In this document: piece after piece, positions 38,151-49,693 of the stretch | How positions within the stretch are numbered: the stretch's first letter is position 1 | Layout of the letters: every line of letters begins with the position of its first letter | NCBI RefSeq assembly: GCF_046119375.1 | Contig: NW_027362764.1 | Location: 156,426,001-156,490,000 of the forward strand | Source: Phyllobates terribilis | Taxonomy: Eukaryota | Direction: 5' to 3' | Length of the DNA stretch: 64,000 nt | Position numbers and translations under genes: made by a program | Notes under the pieces: model-generated | Database searches by the model: none | What the model was told of the DNA's origin: nothing | The model's input: the letters and a program-made list of their open reading frames with translations, nothing else

Positions 38151-38749
38151 TGTTAGAGTGCTATCAGCTAGCTATGCTTTGTTGTTCCCATTATTAAAGA
38201 GTGGGTCTCCTATACAGTTATTGCAGTGACTACAACGGCTACCTAAATTTGGGAAATACCCCAATACCAATTTAAAGACACATAGAGGAGGGCCTCCAAA
38301 ACAACATGTTCCCATTGGAAAGGAGCGGTTTTGTTATGACCCAAAAGGGGCCATTGCAAACATTTCTGCATTCATAGGAGTCCGTGGAATAATTTATGCT
38401 TTGATGTATTACCTGGTGTCATTCTGTTAAATTAAATGTAAATTGTTGCCCTGTAATACCACTGGAGACCAGCATGTGGGGGTATAAGTGTCGTCAACGG
38501 ACTGTATTGGAGGATGTCTAATCAACATCCTCTATAGTCTATGGTGACCAGGGGGAGTTGGCAGTTGGCAGTTAGAGAGTGTCAAGCCTGTCTAGAGGTG
38601 AGGCGTAGAGTACAAGGGCTGTTTGGATTAAGTATCTTGCCAGAAAATCTTTTTAGAGATCATCACAGCAAGGCCAAACCTTTTCCCATATCAGAGTATG
38701 AATCCCATTGCCATCCAGCTGGCACCTGTATAGAAAATCAGTTTTGCAG

Positions 38750-39456
38750 CTAATTGCTCAAAAACCTGCAGTGGAGAATTGCATTCATGAAGAACCTGCA
38801 GTGGAGAATTGCATTCATGAAGAACCTGCAGTGGAGAATTGCATTGTTGAAGTAGAAGAACCTGCAGTGGAGAACTACAATGTTGAGCCTGAAGAATTTA
38901 CAATGGAGAATTGTGCTGTAGTAGCAGAAGAAACTATAATGGAGAATTGCAATGTAATATCAGAAGAGAAGAGCCTTTAATAGATAATTTATCATCATCA
39001 GAAGAATTGATAAATGAAAATATTGTTGAACCAGAGATCCTTGAAGAAATGATGCCTCCTCAAGATAACTGCTCAATATCGCCTTCTTTTGAAGATGTAT
39101 CTGACAGCATTGAGCAGAATGCATCTCCAAAACTTCCTGTTATTTGCTTAAATTATAGTAAATACAGGAAGTATAAGTAAAAAGAACAGTATGATCACTG
39201 GTCTGAAACTTCTGATGACGATATTGAATATATACGTTCATATACAGAGCCTCTCTCACATCAAAAAGATTTCCATTAAGATTTTCCTGAACCTCCCAGA
39301 TTATTACCAGAGGAAGTGAAACATTTTAAGGAGCTGACTACAGCAAATAGGTCAAAAAAGTCCTTTAGAAAGCACTCTGGTTCAAATAGTGGTCTATATG
39401 AAGCTGATGAAAATATGTTATGGCATCTAAAGGATCGTGAATACAACTGTAGTATA
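38750..39456 (+). pseudogene. Decayed acidic ORF of unknown origin
   Basis: EEPAVENC-type repeats. One 5-bp duplication frameshift (~38965), then about 160 codons with only two TAA stops. Confidence 0.5.
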
Positions 39457-39540
39457 CAGTGTCCATTTTAGGACATGATCAGATATCAAAATCAAACATC
39501 AGAATGATGTCAGTTTGAGGCTAAATACCCTGCCTGAGAA

Positions 39541-39820
39541 CTGATTCTGACGAGTGATTCTGACGAGTGATTCTGACGAGTGATTCTGACGAGTGATTTT
39601 GACAAGTGATTTTGACGAGTGATTCTGATGAATGATTCTAACGAGTGATTCTGACGAGTGATTTTGACGAGTGATTCTGACAAATGATTTTGACGAGTGA
39701 TTCGGACGAATGATTTTGACGAGTGATTCTGATGAGTGATTCTGACGAGTGATTCTGACGAGTGATTTTGATGAGTGATTCTGACGAGTGATTTTGATGA
39801 GTGATTCTGACGAGTGACTT
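39541..39820 (+). repeat. 13-bp tandem array (TGATTCTGACGAG), left arm, about 21 copies
   Basis: Direct reading. Confidence 0.93.
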
Positions 39821-39847
39821 TTACAACTGTAAAAAAAAAAGTAACTA

Positions 39848-39916
39848 TTCGTTGATGGGACTTGAACCCAAAATTCTGTGTCCCAAAGCCAGTGCACTAA
39901 ACACTAAGCTATTAAC
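39848..39916 (-). other. tRNA-like module 1 (nominal anticodon TGG), left arm
   Basis: TAGCTTAGTGTTTAGTGCA A-box/D-arm, TGGG-TTCAAGT-CCCA T-arm, then a T10 run. Confidence 0.75.
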
Positions 39917-40157
39917 TTACTTGTAAAACCCTTAGAGTTCTATTTGGTTCTATGATTTTCAGTGCAAAGTTGTCTAAAACTCATTGGGACGTATGCACAG
40001 ACTGCAAGCAAGCCAAATTCAAATGATGTTTGATTCTGATGTGTGAGTCTGAAGTGTGACTTTCTTCAAACATCAGAATCACAATAACTTTTAGTCACCC
40101 TGAGTATTTTCATGGTTTATCTCATAAGACAAGAAAAGCTACTAGTTGCTATCACTT

Positions 40158-40226
40158 GATTGGATAGCGCAATGGTAAGGTATCAGTCTCTCAAACTACA
40201 GTATGAGAGTTCAAATTCCGATAGGA
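40158..40226 (+). other. tRNA-like module 2 (Gln/Glu-like), left arm
   Basis: TAGCGCAATGG A-box, CTCTCAA loop, GAGTTCAAAT B-box, T6 at 40236. Confidence 0.7.
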
Positions 40227-40677
40227 ACAAGAATGTTTTTTAAATTATGACTGTTTAGCACACAAACTACAGGGGTATTTTACTTTTAATATCTGACACT
40301 GATTGTCATACTGATGTGTTAAGAGTTCAGACACGCTGACTATTTGCATGGTAAATTACATAGCCAAAGTAAATTGGGAGTTTGCAGCCCGTACTTGGGT
40401 GGATGGAAATAAATATTTACAATAAAGACATTTCATCATTAGACCCCTTTAAGAAATTATGCAAATATAAAGTCACTTGGAAATAGATATGTAGTAATTT
40501 ATTGCCTCCCAATTTACTTTGGCTATGTAATTTACCATGCAAATAGACAGCGTGTCTGAAACTCTTAACACATCAGGATGACAATCAGAGTGTCAGATAC
40601 TAAAAGTAAAACACCCCTGTAGTTTGTGTGCTAAATAGGCATAATTTAAAAAAAAAAAAAATAAATAATGATCTTCT

Positions 40678-40742
40678 TCCTATCAGGATTTGAACTCTGA
40701 CACTGTTCAGAGACTTATGCCTTACCATTGCGCTATCCATTC
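40678..40742 (-). other. tRNA-like module 2, right arm
   Basis: Reverse complement TAGCGCAATGGTAAGGC...CTCTGAA...GAGTTCAAATCC, followed by a long T run. Confidence 0.7.
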
Positions 40743-40854
40743 AAATGACAATAGTGGTAGCTTTTCTTGTCTTATGAGATCAACCATGAAAATACTCAGG
40801 GTGACTAAAAGTCATTATGATTGTGATTCTGATGTTTGAAGAAAGTCATACATA

Positions 40855-41174
40855 CAGTGTCCATTTTAGGACATGATCAGATATCAAAATCAAACATCAG
40901 AATGATGTCAGTTTGAGGCTAAATACCCTTTCTGAGAACTGATTTTGATAAGTAATTCTGACAAGTGATTTTGATGAGTGATTCTGACAAGTGATTTTGA
41001 CAAGTGATTTTGATGTCAAAATCACTCGTCAGAAACATTCGTCAGAATCACTCATCAGAATCACTCGTCAGAATCACTCGTCAGAATCAGTTCTCAGACA
41101 GGGTATTTAGCCTCAAACTGACATCATTCTGATGTTTGATTTTGATATCTGATCATGTCCTAAAATGGACACTG
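40855..41174. mobile_element. 320-bp miniature copy of the same TIR family nested in the right arm
   Basis: TA|CAGTGTCC...GGACACTG|TA with two opposed short 13-bp arrays. Confidence 0.88.
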
Positions 41175-41389
41175 TACTAACCAATAGTTTTTCTTGTCTT
41201 CTGAAATTAACCATGAAAATACTCAGGGTGACTAAAAGTTATTGTGATTCTGATTCTGATGTTTGAAGAAAGTCAGACATCAGACTCACACATCAAAATC
41301 AAACATCATCTGAATTTGGCTTGCTCGCAGTCTGTGCATAAGTCCCAATGAGTTTTAGACATATAACCAAATATAACTCCTAGGTTTTT

Positions 41390-41452
41390 ACAGCTGAGTT
41401 AGTGCACTGGCTTTGGGACACAGAATTTTGGGTTCAAGTCCCATCAGCGAAC
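41390..41452 (+). other. tRNA-like module 1, right arm
   Basis: TTAGTGCACTGGCTTTGGGACACAG...GGGTTCAAGTCCCA then a T run at ~41459-41471; the A-box is partly deleted. Confidence 0.7.
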
Positions 41453-41483
41453 AGTTACTTTTTTTTTTTTTATTACAGTTGTA

Positions 41484-41868
41484 AAAGTCACTTGTCAAAG
41501 TCACTTGTCAGAATCACTTGTCAAAATCACTTGTCAGAATCACTCGTCAGAATCACTCGTCAAAATCACTTGTCAGAATCACTTGTCAGAATTACTTGTC
41601 AAAATCACTCATCAAAATCACTTATCAAAATCATTTGTCAAAATCACTTGTCAGAATCACTTGTCAGAATCATTTGTCAAAATCTCTTATCAGAATCACT
41701 TGTCAGAATCACTCATCAAAATCACTTGTCAGAATCACTCGTCAGAATCACTCATCAGAATCACTCGTCAAAATCACTCGTCAAAATCACTTGTCAGAAT
41801 CACTCGTCAGAATCACTTGTCAAAATCACTCATCAAAATCACTTGTCAGAATTACTTATCAAAATCAA
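41484..41868 (-). repeat. 13-bp tandem array, right arm (about 30 copies, inverted)
   Basis: (GTCAGAATCACTC/T)n. Confidence 0.93.
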
Positions 41869-42929
41869 TTCTCAGACAGGGTATTTAGCCTCAAACTGAC
41901 ATCATTCTGATGTTTGATTTTGATATATTATCATGTCCTAAAATGGACACTGTAGATATGGTGGTTAGTTCTACTTTCCTTTTCGGCTCTGCTTTATGTT
42001 ATATGATCTGATTTATCAATTTAATTGTGGGGACTCTGCTATACTTTATAGGCAATTTTCAAAGTCCTATCCTTTTTCTTTTTCCCCATGGAGACCCTCT
42101 ATGAGCTATCTATAATGTAATGATAGAATCCACACTACACGATGCTGTACTGTGCACATGCGCATCTTTCTCTATCCCCGTAGGCATCCGGGAGCGCTCA
42201 GATCTGACCGCTTGCATTCCAGCATGCGGGTCAGTGAGCGCTTCCACCGAAAGCCTCTTTCACCTTAGGGGAGGAGCAGATGCCTCATGCACTGATAAGG
42301 TCCGGTAAATGTCTCACCCTATTTTCCCTGGACGCTTTCATAGGCTGTCACGCTATATGGAAAGATGTCCACCCCTCACCCTGACACTCCCCTGGAAGAA
42401 GCAAGCAGTCGAAACACGCGTCGGGATGAAGGGGGGCGGAATCCTGCTCTGGATCCTAGACTTTCCTCATTTGGCTCCTTTCCTTGCACCATTTTACACC
42501 AGGTATACAGTTTTTACTCTAACACTTTCCCTCTAGTACTATTAATAGTCATTATGGCTTCTATAAGTGTTTGGGCATTATTTATTTGGATCTGAACACA
42601 GGGTTATATTCTAGCCCATTATAAGATCTTATATTGTACCTACTATACCATAGACAGCCACTAATCATGTATACTATGGTGGGGAACATGTTATAACGGA
42701 GTTTTCTATATATATTGATATACTAGATTAGGCTATTTGCATATATTTTTGAGCCTGCATTATATTTGGATCCTTAGTCAGGAGCTAGTCCCTCGTACTG
42801 GGCACTCTATTTTTTTTTCTTATTGACTGATAAAATAAAATTGATTATTTTATATTTTTGGATCTCTTCGTTTCTCTGCTCTAGGAATGTAGGGCAGGAT
42901 TAGTGGATTATGAATTTGTTTGAAGTGCC

Positions 42930-43290
42930 ATTGTTTGTATATTTATAAACAGTTTTGATGCTAAATTCTTCATCTAACTGCAGTGAACATGCCTGTTGAT
43001 TTTCTGCCACTCTTCTCATCTGAAGTCGCTCCTTGCTTGAACTGGACATTTCTGTTAAATGGTTGCAGTTCCATCTTTGTTAACTTTTTGTATCACTTCT
43101 ACTACAGTATTTTGACTGATAAGTGAAGCCTTGCTGATCTTTTTGTAACCTTTACTTTTCTTGTGTAACAAAATCATTTCTTTGTCAGATCTTGTGACAT
43201 TTCTCTTCCATGTAGTGCCATTGCTGAGTTGCTGACAGCATGAATTTAGAAGGGGTTTTCTTTAAGTACCGCCCTTTTTAGCCAACTGTC
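42930..43290 (-). mobile_element. Degraded Tc1 5' fragment
   Basis: The reverse strand resembles a Tc1 N-terminal HTH region (MG..REMSQDL...). Confidence 0.45.
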
Positions 43291-43308
43291 TGCTGTATCC
43301 CTGTTTAA

Positions 43309-43773
43309 AGGAGTTGTCCACTACTACTGAAAATAGCCCAAGGTGTTTTTATGATGAAAAGAAGCTTCTTTCTAATTACCACCCTCTGCTGTTTCTGCCT
43401 GTGAGCGGGGCTATCACTGGCCGCTCACAGGCATCACGTGACCCCTGGTTGCAGCCAGCTCTGACATCCACTGATTTCACGTCATGATTCTGGATGCAGT
43501 TGGGGGTCTCCTCTTCTGCGTTCCACCGCACACTCTCCCTCTCCCCATTCATTGGGAAAGTACGCGGTAGATGCTGGGTGTGACGCGCGGGGTAACCCCG
43601 CCCACAACCCAGCAGCCACCGACGTGACGTCAGCGGAGGGTCACGTGCTGCCTGTGAGCAGCCAGTGATAGCGCCGCTCACAGGCAGAAACAGCAGAGGA
43701 AGGTATTAACAAAGAAACTTCTATTCATCATAAAAATTCATCGGGCTATTTTCAATAGTAGTGGACAACATCT
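43309..43773. mobile_element. Kolobok/T2-type MITE with long TIRs
   Basis: TTAA|AGGAGTTGTCCACTACTA ... TAGTAGTGGACAACATCT|TTAA; arms about 140 bp. Confidence 0.88.
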
Positions 43774-45079
43774 TTAATGAATAATTAGACTTACACATGG
43801 TTGAAGTCTAGTTAATTAGAATTTTGCAGTCTAACGTTAGCTTTGCGCCCTAGACTTTCATTGGGATGTGCTTATTTTTGCATCATGGTCTTAAATGAAT
43901 ATGTTAGGAAAACAATTTTTTTGGTTGTGCACAATAACAAAATCTTGTCTGCAATCAATGGTCCATTTGTGGGAGGATTTTGTAGTATTGTATCCCATAG
44001 AAAATAGATTCTGAAAGAAAATTAAAGGTTTTCTGATCACATTTCTGGGGTGTACTCATTTATGCTGAGCATACTGTGTGTATATTAATGATGAGCGAGC
44101 ATGCTCGCTACTGCTCGGTGCTCGCCCGAGCATCTCACTGCTCGAGATGCTCGGCGCTCGCCGAGTATTTCCAGGGTTGCTCAGAGGGAGCTCGGGTCCC
44201 CTCTCTGCATGTTTGGCGCTCTTTAGAGCCCCAATCAACATGCAGGGATTGTCTGCCACACACTGTAATACCACAGCCATGTTGGTTGTGGCATTACAGT
44301 GACTGGCTGGCTGCACAGCGTCATCAGGTCTATATCAGACCTGATGTGGCAAGGGATGGGGAACTGGATGTGATGGTGATGGTGCATACAGAGGCCGAGG
44401 CTGTGTGCAAGCTGAAATTGTGCCACAACAAACACCCACATCTTCTCGCTCAACCTTCCGGTCACAATTAATAGGGGACCTCAGAACACCACTATTGAAC
44501 ACAGAGCAGTGTGAAATGGTTATGGTTGGATAGCAGATAATGGTTCCAGTCACTTATCCACCACTACCACCAACCTGTCTTCCACACTTTCAAGTCTTAG
44601 CAGCCGTGAGGCTGGACCGCATATTCCTCACCCTGAACCTCCTTCCTCCCACCATGCCGAGTGCCCAGAGACCACACTTGGACACTCCGAAGAGCTGTTC
44701 ACTTTTCCATTTATAGATTTGGGCCTCTCACCTGGTCCACTTGAAGCGGGGCAAGAGGAGATCGCATGTAGCGATGCCCAAATATTTGAGCAGCCACAGT
44801 TATATGAAGGAGATGGTGGGAAAGTGTCACAAGAGGTGGACGATGATGAGAAACAATTGCCAGAAAGTCAGGAGGAGGACCAGGGTGCGGAAGTGGACGA
44901 CGAGTTGGTGGGTGATATAGTAAATGACCCAACCTGACAGGAGGACATGCAGAGTGAGGCCAGCAGCACACAGGGGGAGGGAGGCAGAACACCCAACAGG
45001 CAGGAAGAAGCAGTGTGGTGGCCGCAGACAGAAGGCGGGCAACCGTTCCCCGTAATACCAACAAGACGGAAGTTGCCAG

Positions 45080-47470
45080 TACAACTGTTAGGTCTTCCCA
45101 GAATATGGTTGTTTTTTAGACTCTGCTGATAAGTTAGTGATAACCCCAAAAAGGCCATTTGCACCACATGCCAGGCCAGCATCAGCAGGGGTAGCAAAAC
45201 TACCAGCCTGACCACCACCAGCATGATCGGGCACATGACAGCAATGCACCCGACTTTGTGGGCCGAGCCCCAGGGTCCAGGAACAGTGTCTGCGGGTGAC
45301 ACCACTGCTTCTTCTGCTGTTGTGCATGCAAGCCAATCCCCTGTCCATAGTGCATACGAAGATGCCTCCTGCCCTGCACACTCTCAACAAGCACCATCAG
45401 CAAGCACATCCTTGTCCCAGCGCAGCGTTCAGTTGTCCATATCCCAGTCCTTGGAACGCAAGGGCAAATTCGCAGCCAACGCCCCACAGGCCACACTACT
45501 AAATGTTGCCTTTTAGGCTCGTGGAGACGGAAGCTTTCCGCAACCTGATGGCGGCGGCCGTCCCTCGGTACTCGGTCCCCAGCCACCACTATTTCTCCCG
45601 GTGTACCGTCCCCGCATTACACAAGCACGTGTCCCACAAAATTAAACGTGCCCTCAACAATGCAGTTACAGGGAAAGTCCACCTAATCATGGTCAGTACA
45701 TCCACATAAGCAGGGACAGTACATCTCGCTGACGCCACACTGGGTTAACGTAGTGGAAGCCGGGACCAAGTCGGACCTTGGGACGGAACACATCCTCCCG
45801 ACGCCGAGGATTGTGGGCCCTAGGTCAATCAGGGTTGCCCCCATGGTCTACAGCTCCTGCACCTCATCCTCCTCAGCCTCCTCCTCTTCAGCCTCCATTT
45901 CTGAAATGATCACATCAGTCACAAGCTGGAAGTACTGCATCACTGCCTCTGCAAGCAGCAACCGGCTGTGCTGAAGCTAATATGCTTAGGTGGCAAACCG
46001 CACAATGCTGAAGAGTTGTGGATAGCTCTGAAAGAGCAGGCAGATCTGTGGCTGACACCGCTGACCCTACATCCAGGCATGGTCGTGTGTGACAATGGCC
46101 GGAACCTGGTGGCGGCTCTGAGGCGAGGCGAGCTCACACACGTACCATGCCTGGCCCATGTGCTTAACCTCGTGGTTCAGTGGTTTCTCAAAACCTACCC
46201 AGAGCTGCCGGATCTGCTTGCCAAAATATGCCGCATGTTGCCCAATTTGGAAAGCCAGCTACAGCTTCCACTCACCAACTGGTGTGTGATGTCCCTATGC
46301 GTTGGAACTCTACACTGCAGATGTTGGGAAGGATTTTTGAGCAGAAGAGGGCAGTTGTTGACTACCAGCATCAACAAGGCCATTGGTATTCAGTTCAGAC
46401 TCCACACATAAGACCTCAGGAGTGGGCATGGATGTCAGACATCTGTACTATCCTCCAAAACTTTGAGGACTTCACCAAGATGGTGAGCGGCAATGACACC
46501 ATAATTAGTGTCACCATCACGCTTCTCTGTCTTCTGAAATGCTCTCTGCTCACAATCAAAGAGGATGCATTGCAGGCGGACCATGATGAGATGGAGCAAG
46601 GAACCATACAGAGTGATTACACACAGCCCAGCCTCATCTCATCCCAACATGGATTGGGTGACAATGAAGAAGAGGAGGAGGAGGAAGAACAGGAGCTAGT
46701 TTTATGCGCTATAGACGGTACTACCTGCACAACTGTCATACCATCTGTTCATTGTGGATGGCCTGAGGACAGGGAGGGGGAGGAGGAGAGCATGGTCAGT
46801 CTACCTCTTGCTGAGGACACGGAAGTCTTGCCTGTTAGCAGTCTGGCACGCATGGCTGAGTTTATGTTATGCTGCCTTTTCCGTGACCCTCGTGTTCTCA
46901 AAATTTTGGGTTAAAGTCATTACTGGTTGGTGACACTTATAAACCCACGCTAGAAGGAGAACTTTATATCTCTTATTCCTGAGGCGGACAGGTCTACAAA
47001 AATGAGGCAGTACCAGAAGGCCCTTGTTGCGGAAATATTAAAAAAATTCCCATCTAAAAAAACGCTGGCGGCAGAGGTCACAGTTCATTGGACAACCAAG
47101 GAGTACAGCCGATGGAGACACAACTCCAATCCAGCAGAGGCAGGGTAACACTGTCAAAGTTCTGGGAGAGTTTTCTCAGCCCCTCCCATCACACAGGCCC
47201 TGACGTGGGGGGGGGTACTCTCACAAGGAGTGCAAAGTTTGGGAAGATGCTGAGGGAGTACCTTGCCGACCCTACCAATGTCCTCCGTGATTCCTCTGTG
47301 CCTTATAATTATTGGACACGTGGAATGAACTGGCTCTCTACGCCTTCGAGGTCCTGGCCTACCCTGCCCCTAGCGTTTTATCAGAGCGGGTTTTTAGTGC
47401 CACTGGTGGAATTATAACTGATAAGAGAATCCGCCTGTCAACTGAAAATGCTGAGAGGCTGACTCTTGAA
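45080..47470 (+). pseudogene. hAT transposase with BED zinc finger
   Basis: W.FF...CTTC...MIGHMTAMHP (BED); CDNG; CLAH; RWNST; CPAPSVLSERVFS. Many stops and frameshifts. Confidence 0.92.
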
Positions 47471-47844
47471 TAAAATGAACAAAGGCTGGATTGGGCCAGA
47501 CTTCTCAACACCACTGAATGAAAGCAGCGTAACATAAACTCAAATCCAGTGTCTTTTTTTGGAAGGTGTATTCCCTTGCACCTTTTCACACCCACACATG
47601 GGTATACGCTTCCTGATTTTGGCTATTTGCTCTTGTCCTCCTCCTTCTCTTCATCCTCCACCACCATATCACCAGGGTGACCATGGTCCGTGATGCAACA
47701 CCCACATACGTTTTTTAAAGGGTGTTTATGATGCCTGTAAACATTTTTTTTTATACAGTATGTTCATGTATACCCCCCAGGGGTAAATGTTTGTCAGGCC
47801 ATACATTTAGTGCATGGGCATTACAAGTATAGGAGACCCGCTCC

Positions 47845-48470
47845 TTTCTAATGGGAACATTTTTTTATGAGGCCCTCCTCCACGTCATTTCCAATGTGCA
47901 TTGGAGTGCCTCCCAATTTTTGGCAGCCCTTGCATTCACTGCATAGGCCAACACTATGGGAGACCCACTTCCTAATAATGGGAACATTTTTTCATGAGGC
48001 CCTCTACTTCTCTTCCAAGGGGCATTGGAGCGCCTCACAATTTTTGGTAGTCCTTGCATTCACTGCATAGGCCAACACTATGGGAGACCCACTTCCTAAT
48101 AATGGGAACATTTTTTCTTGAGGCCCTCTGACCTTCACGTCTCTTCCAAGGGGCATTGGAGTGCCTCCAATATTTTGGCAACCCTTGCATTCACTGCATA
48201 GGCAAGCACAATGGGAGACCCACTTCCTAATAATGGGAACATTGTTTTTAGGAGGTCCTCTGACCTCCACATCTCTTCCAAGGGGCATTGGAATGCCTCC
48301 AAATTTTTGGCAGCCCCACAAATTTTTTTTTCAGGAGGCCCTGCTCTACGTCTCTTCCAAGGGGCATTGGAGTAGGTCCAAATTTTTGGCAGCCCTTGCA
48401 TTCACTGCATAGGCAAACAGTATGGGAGACCCTCTTCCTAGTAATGGGAACATTGGAGACCCACTCTATA
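47845..48470. repeat. ~124-132-bp tandem repeats in the hAT 3' region (about 5 units)
   Basis: CTTGCATTCACTGCATAGG recurs at ~47929, 48053, 48185 and 48395. Confidence 0.88.
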
Positions 48471-48771
48471 GTAATGGGAGCAACAAAGCATAGCCGGCTG
48501 ACTGCTTTCTAACAATAGTGAGGGCTGACTGCTGGCCCTTTAAGAATAGTAAAGGCCGCCTGATGGCCCTATAAAAATAGGTTTTGTGACTTTCAGAGTC
48601 CCTCCTTCATAAATGAAAAAGGATATGTCTGATCATGTCTCACACACCACATGGCCAGATAAGGTTGTAAAATGTTAAAACGGTACAAGCCAAAATAACC
48701 ACTGTTGTATGGGTTAAGGCCCTTTAAGGTACATATAGGTAAACAGGGAGTGACATCACATGAAAGTTCAT

Positions 48772-49693
48772 GAGCGGAGCGAGACTGCAGGAGCAGTGAG
48801 CAAAGGGTCAGAGCGGAGCAGGACTACCGGAGCAGTGAGCAAAGGGTCAGAGCAGAGCAGGACTGCCGGAGCAGTGAGCAAGGCAGAGCAGGGGGACAGG
48901 GCTCTGTTCACACGGAACAGACAGGAAGGGAAAGGCAGAACCAGATACCCACAGGGTACTTGCAGTGAAGCAGCGAGTGGACCACAAACTCACAAACGGA
49001 AGTACAGTGACAACGAGCAGGAGTTAGGTACGAGTTCAGACTCTGCAGAAAAAGGGAAGGTACTGACATAGAGAAAAACAGGAAACAGGCTAGGAGAGTA
49101 TTCAGACAAGAACAAACACAGCAGCAAGATACAGGAGCGGGTCTAGGTATGCGGCCCCTAGAAGGCGGAACAAACAGGCTAGGAGCGTGTTCAGACAGGA
49201 ACAGGCAAGATACAGGAACGGGTCTAGGTATGCGGCCCCTAGAAGGCGGAAAGAACAGGCTAGGAGCGTGTTCACACAGGCCTGGAAATACAGCCTCCAG
49301 GATAGGCAGAAGACAACAGGCTAGAAGATAATACAGACAGGACACAGTTCAGACACGGGAACTGATACCGAAGGCAGGAAACATAAACGGGACCTGGCAT
49401 ATCAGTGACCAGAAGCCAACTGACAGAACACAATGCTCAGGCAGGGTTTCCTGGGAGGAGCTGGGTTAAATACCAGGTGACAGACAGCAATAGGCTGAGG
49501 ACGCACAAGGGGTGTGCCCGCAGCAGGTACAAGAAACAGGAAGTGATCGGGCGCCACCCTTAAGCAGCAGAAACAGAGGCAAGCAAACAGCATGGAGGGA
49601 AGCCAGGCTAGCAGACTGGACTGGAGATCAAGTGCGCACTCTTGCACAGTGGGAGATGGACAACTATGCAAGGACGCCACCAGGTATGTTACA
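48772..49693 (-). repeat. Element C 3' LTR (distal part deleted)
   Basis: About 98% identical by eye to 51960-52880. Confidence 0.92.

Larger units (their letters stand above)
39457..41952. mobile_element. Foldback-like non-autonomous Tc1/mariner-type element with ~1-kb inverted arms
   Basis: TA|CAGTGTCCATTTTAGGAC ... GTCCTAAAATGGACACTG|TA; the arms mirror each other around a ~120-bp spacer (~40385-40505). Confidence 0.88.
44086..48770 (+). mobile_element. hAT (Ac-like) transposon, right end missing
   Basis: TAATGATGAGCGAGCATGCTCG left end with GCTCG subterminal motifs, transposase and 3' repeats. Confidence 0.88.

Noticed and set aside
38170-38750. Upstream extension of the acidic ORF
   Set aside because: About five stops in 80 codons in that frame, near random expectation.
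39848-41452. Functional tRNA genes
   Set aside because: Acceptor and anticodon stems are broken and the two arm copies disagree (CTC vs CTG); reported only as tRNA-like.
39541-41868. 13-bp arrays as CRISPR-like or coding (RITRQNHSSESLV ORFs)
   Set aside because: No unique spacers and no cas genes; the ORFs are by-products of a stop-poor tandem repeat inside a TIR element.
14302-41952. Helitron and foldback element are both 2496 bp long
   Set aside because: Unrelated sequences and mechanisms with variable repeat arrays; coincidence.
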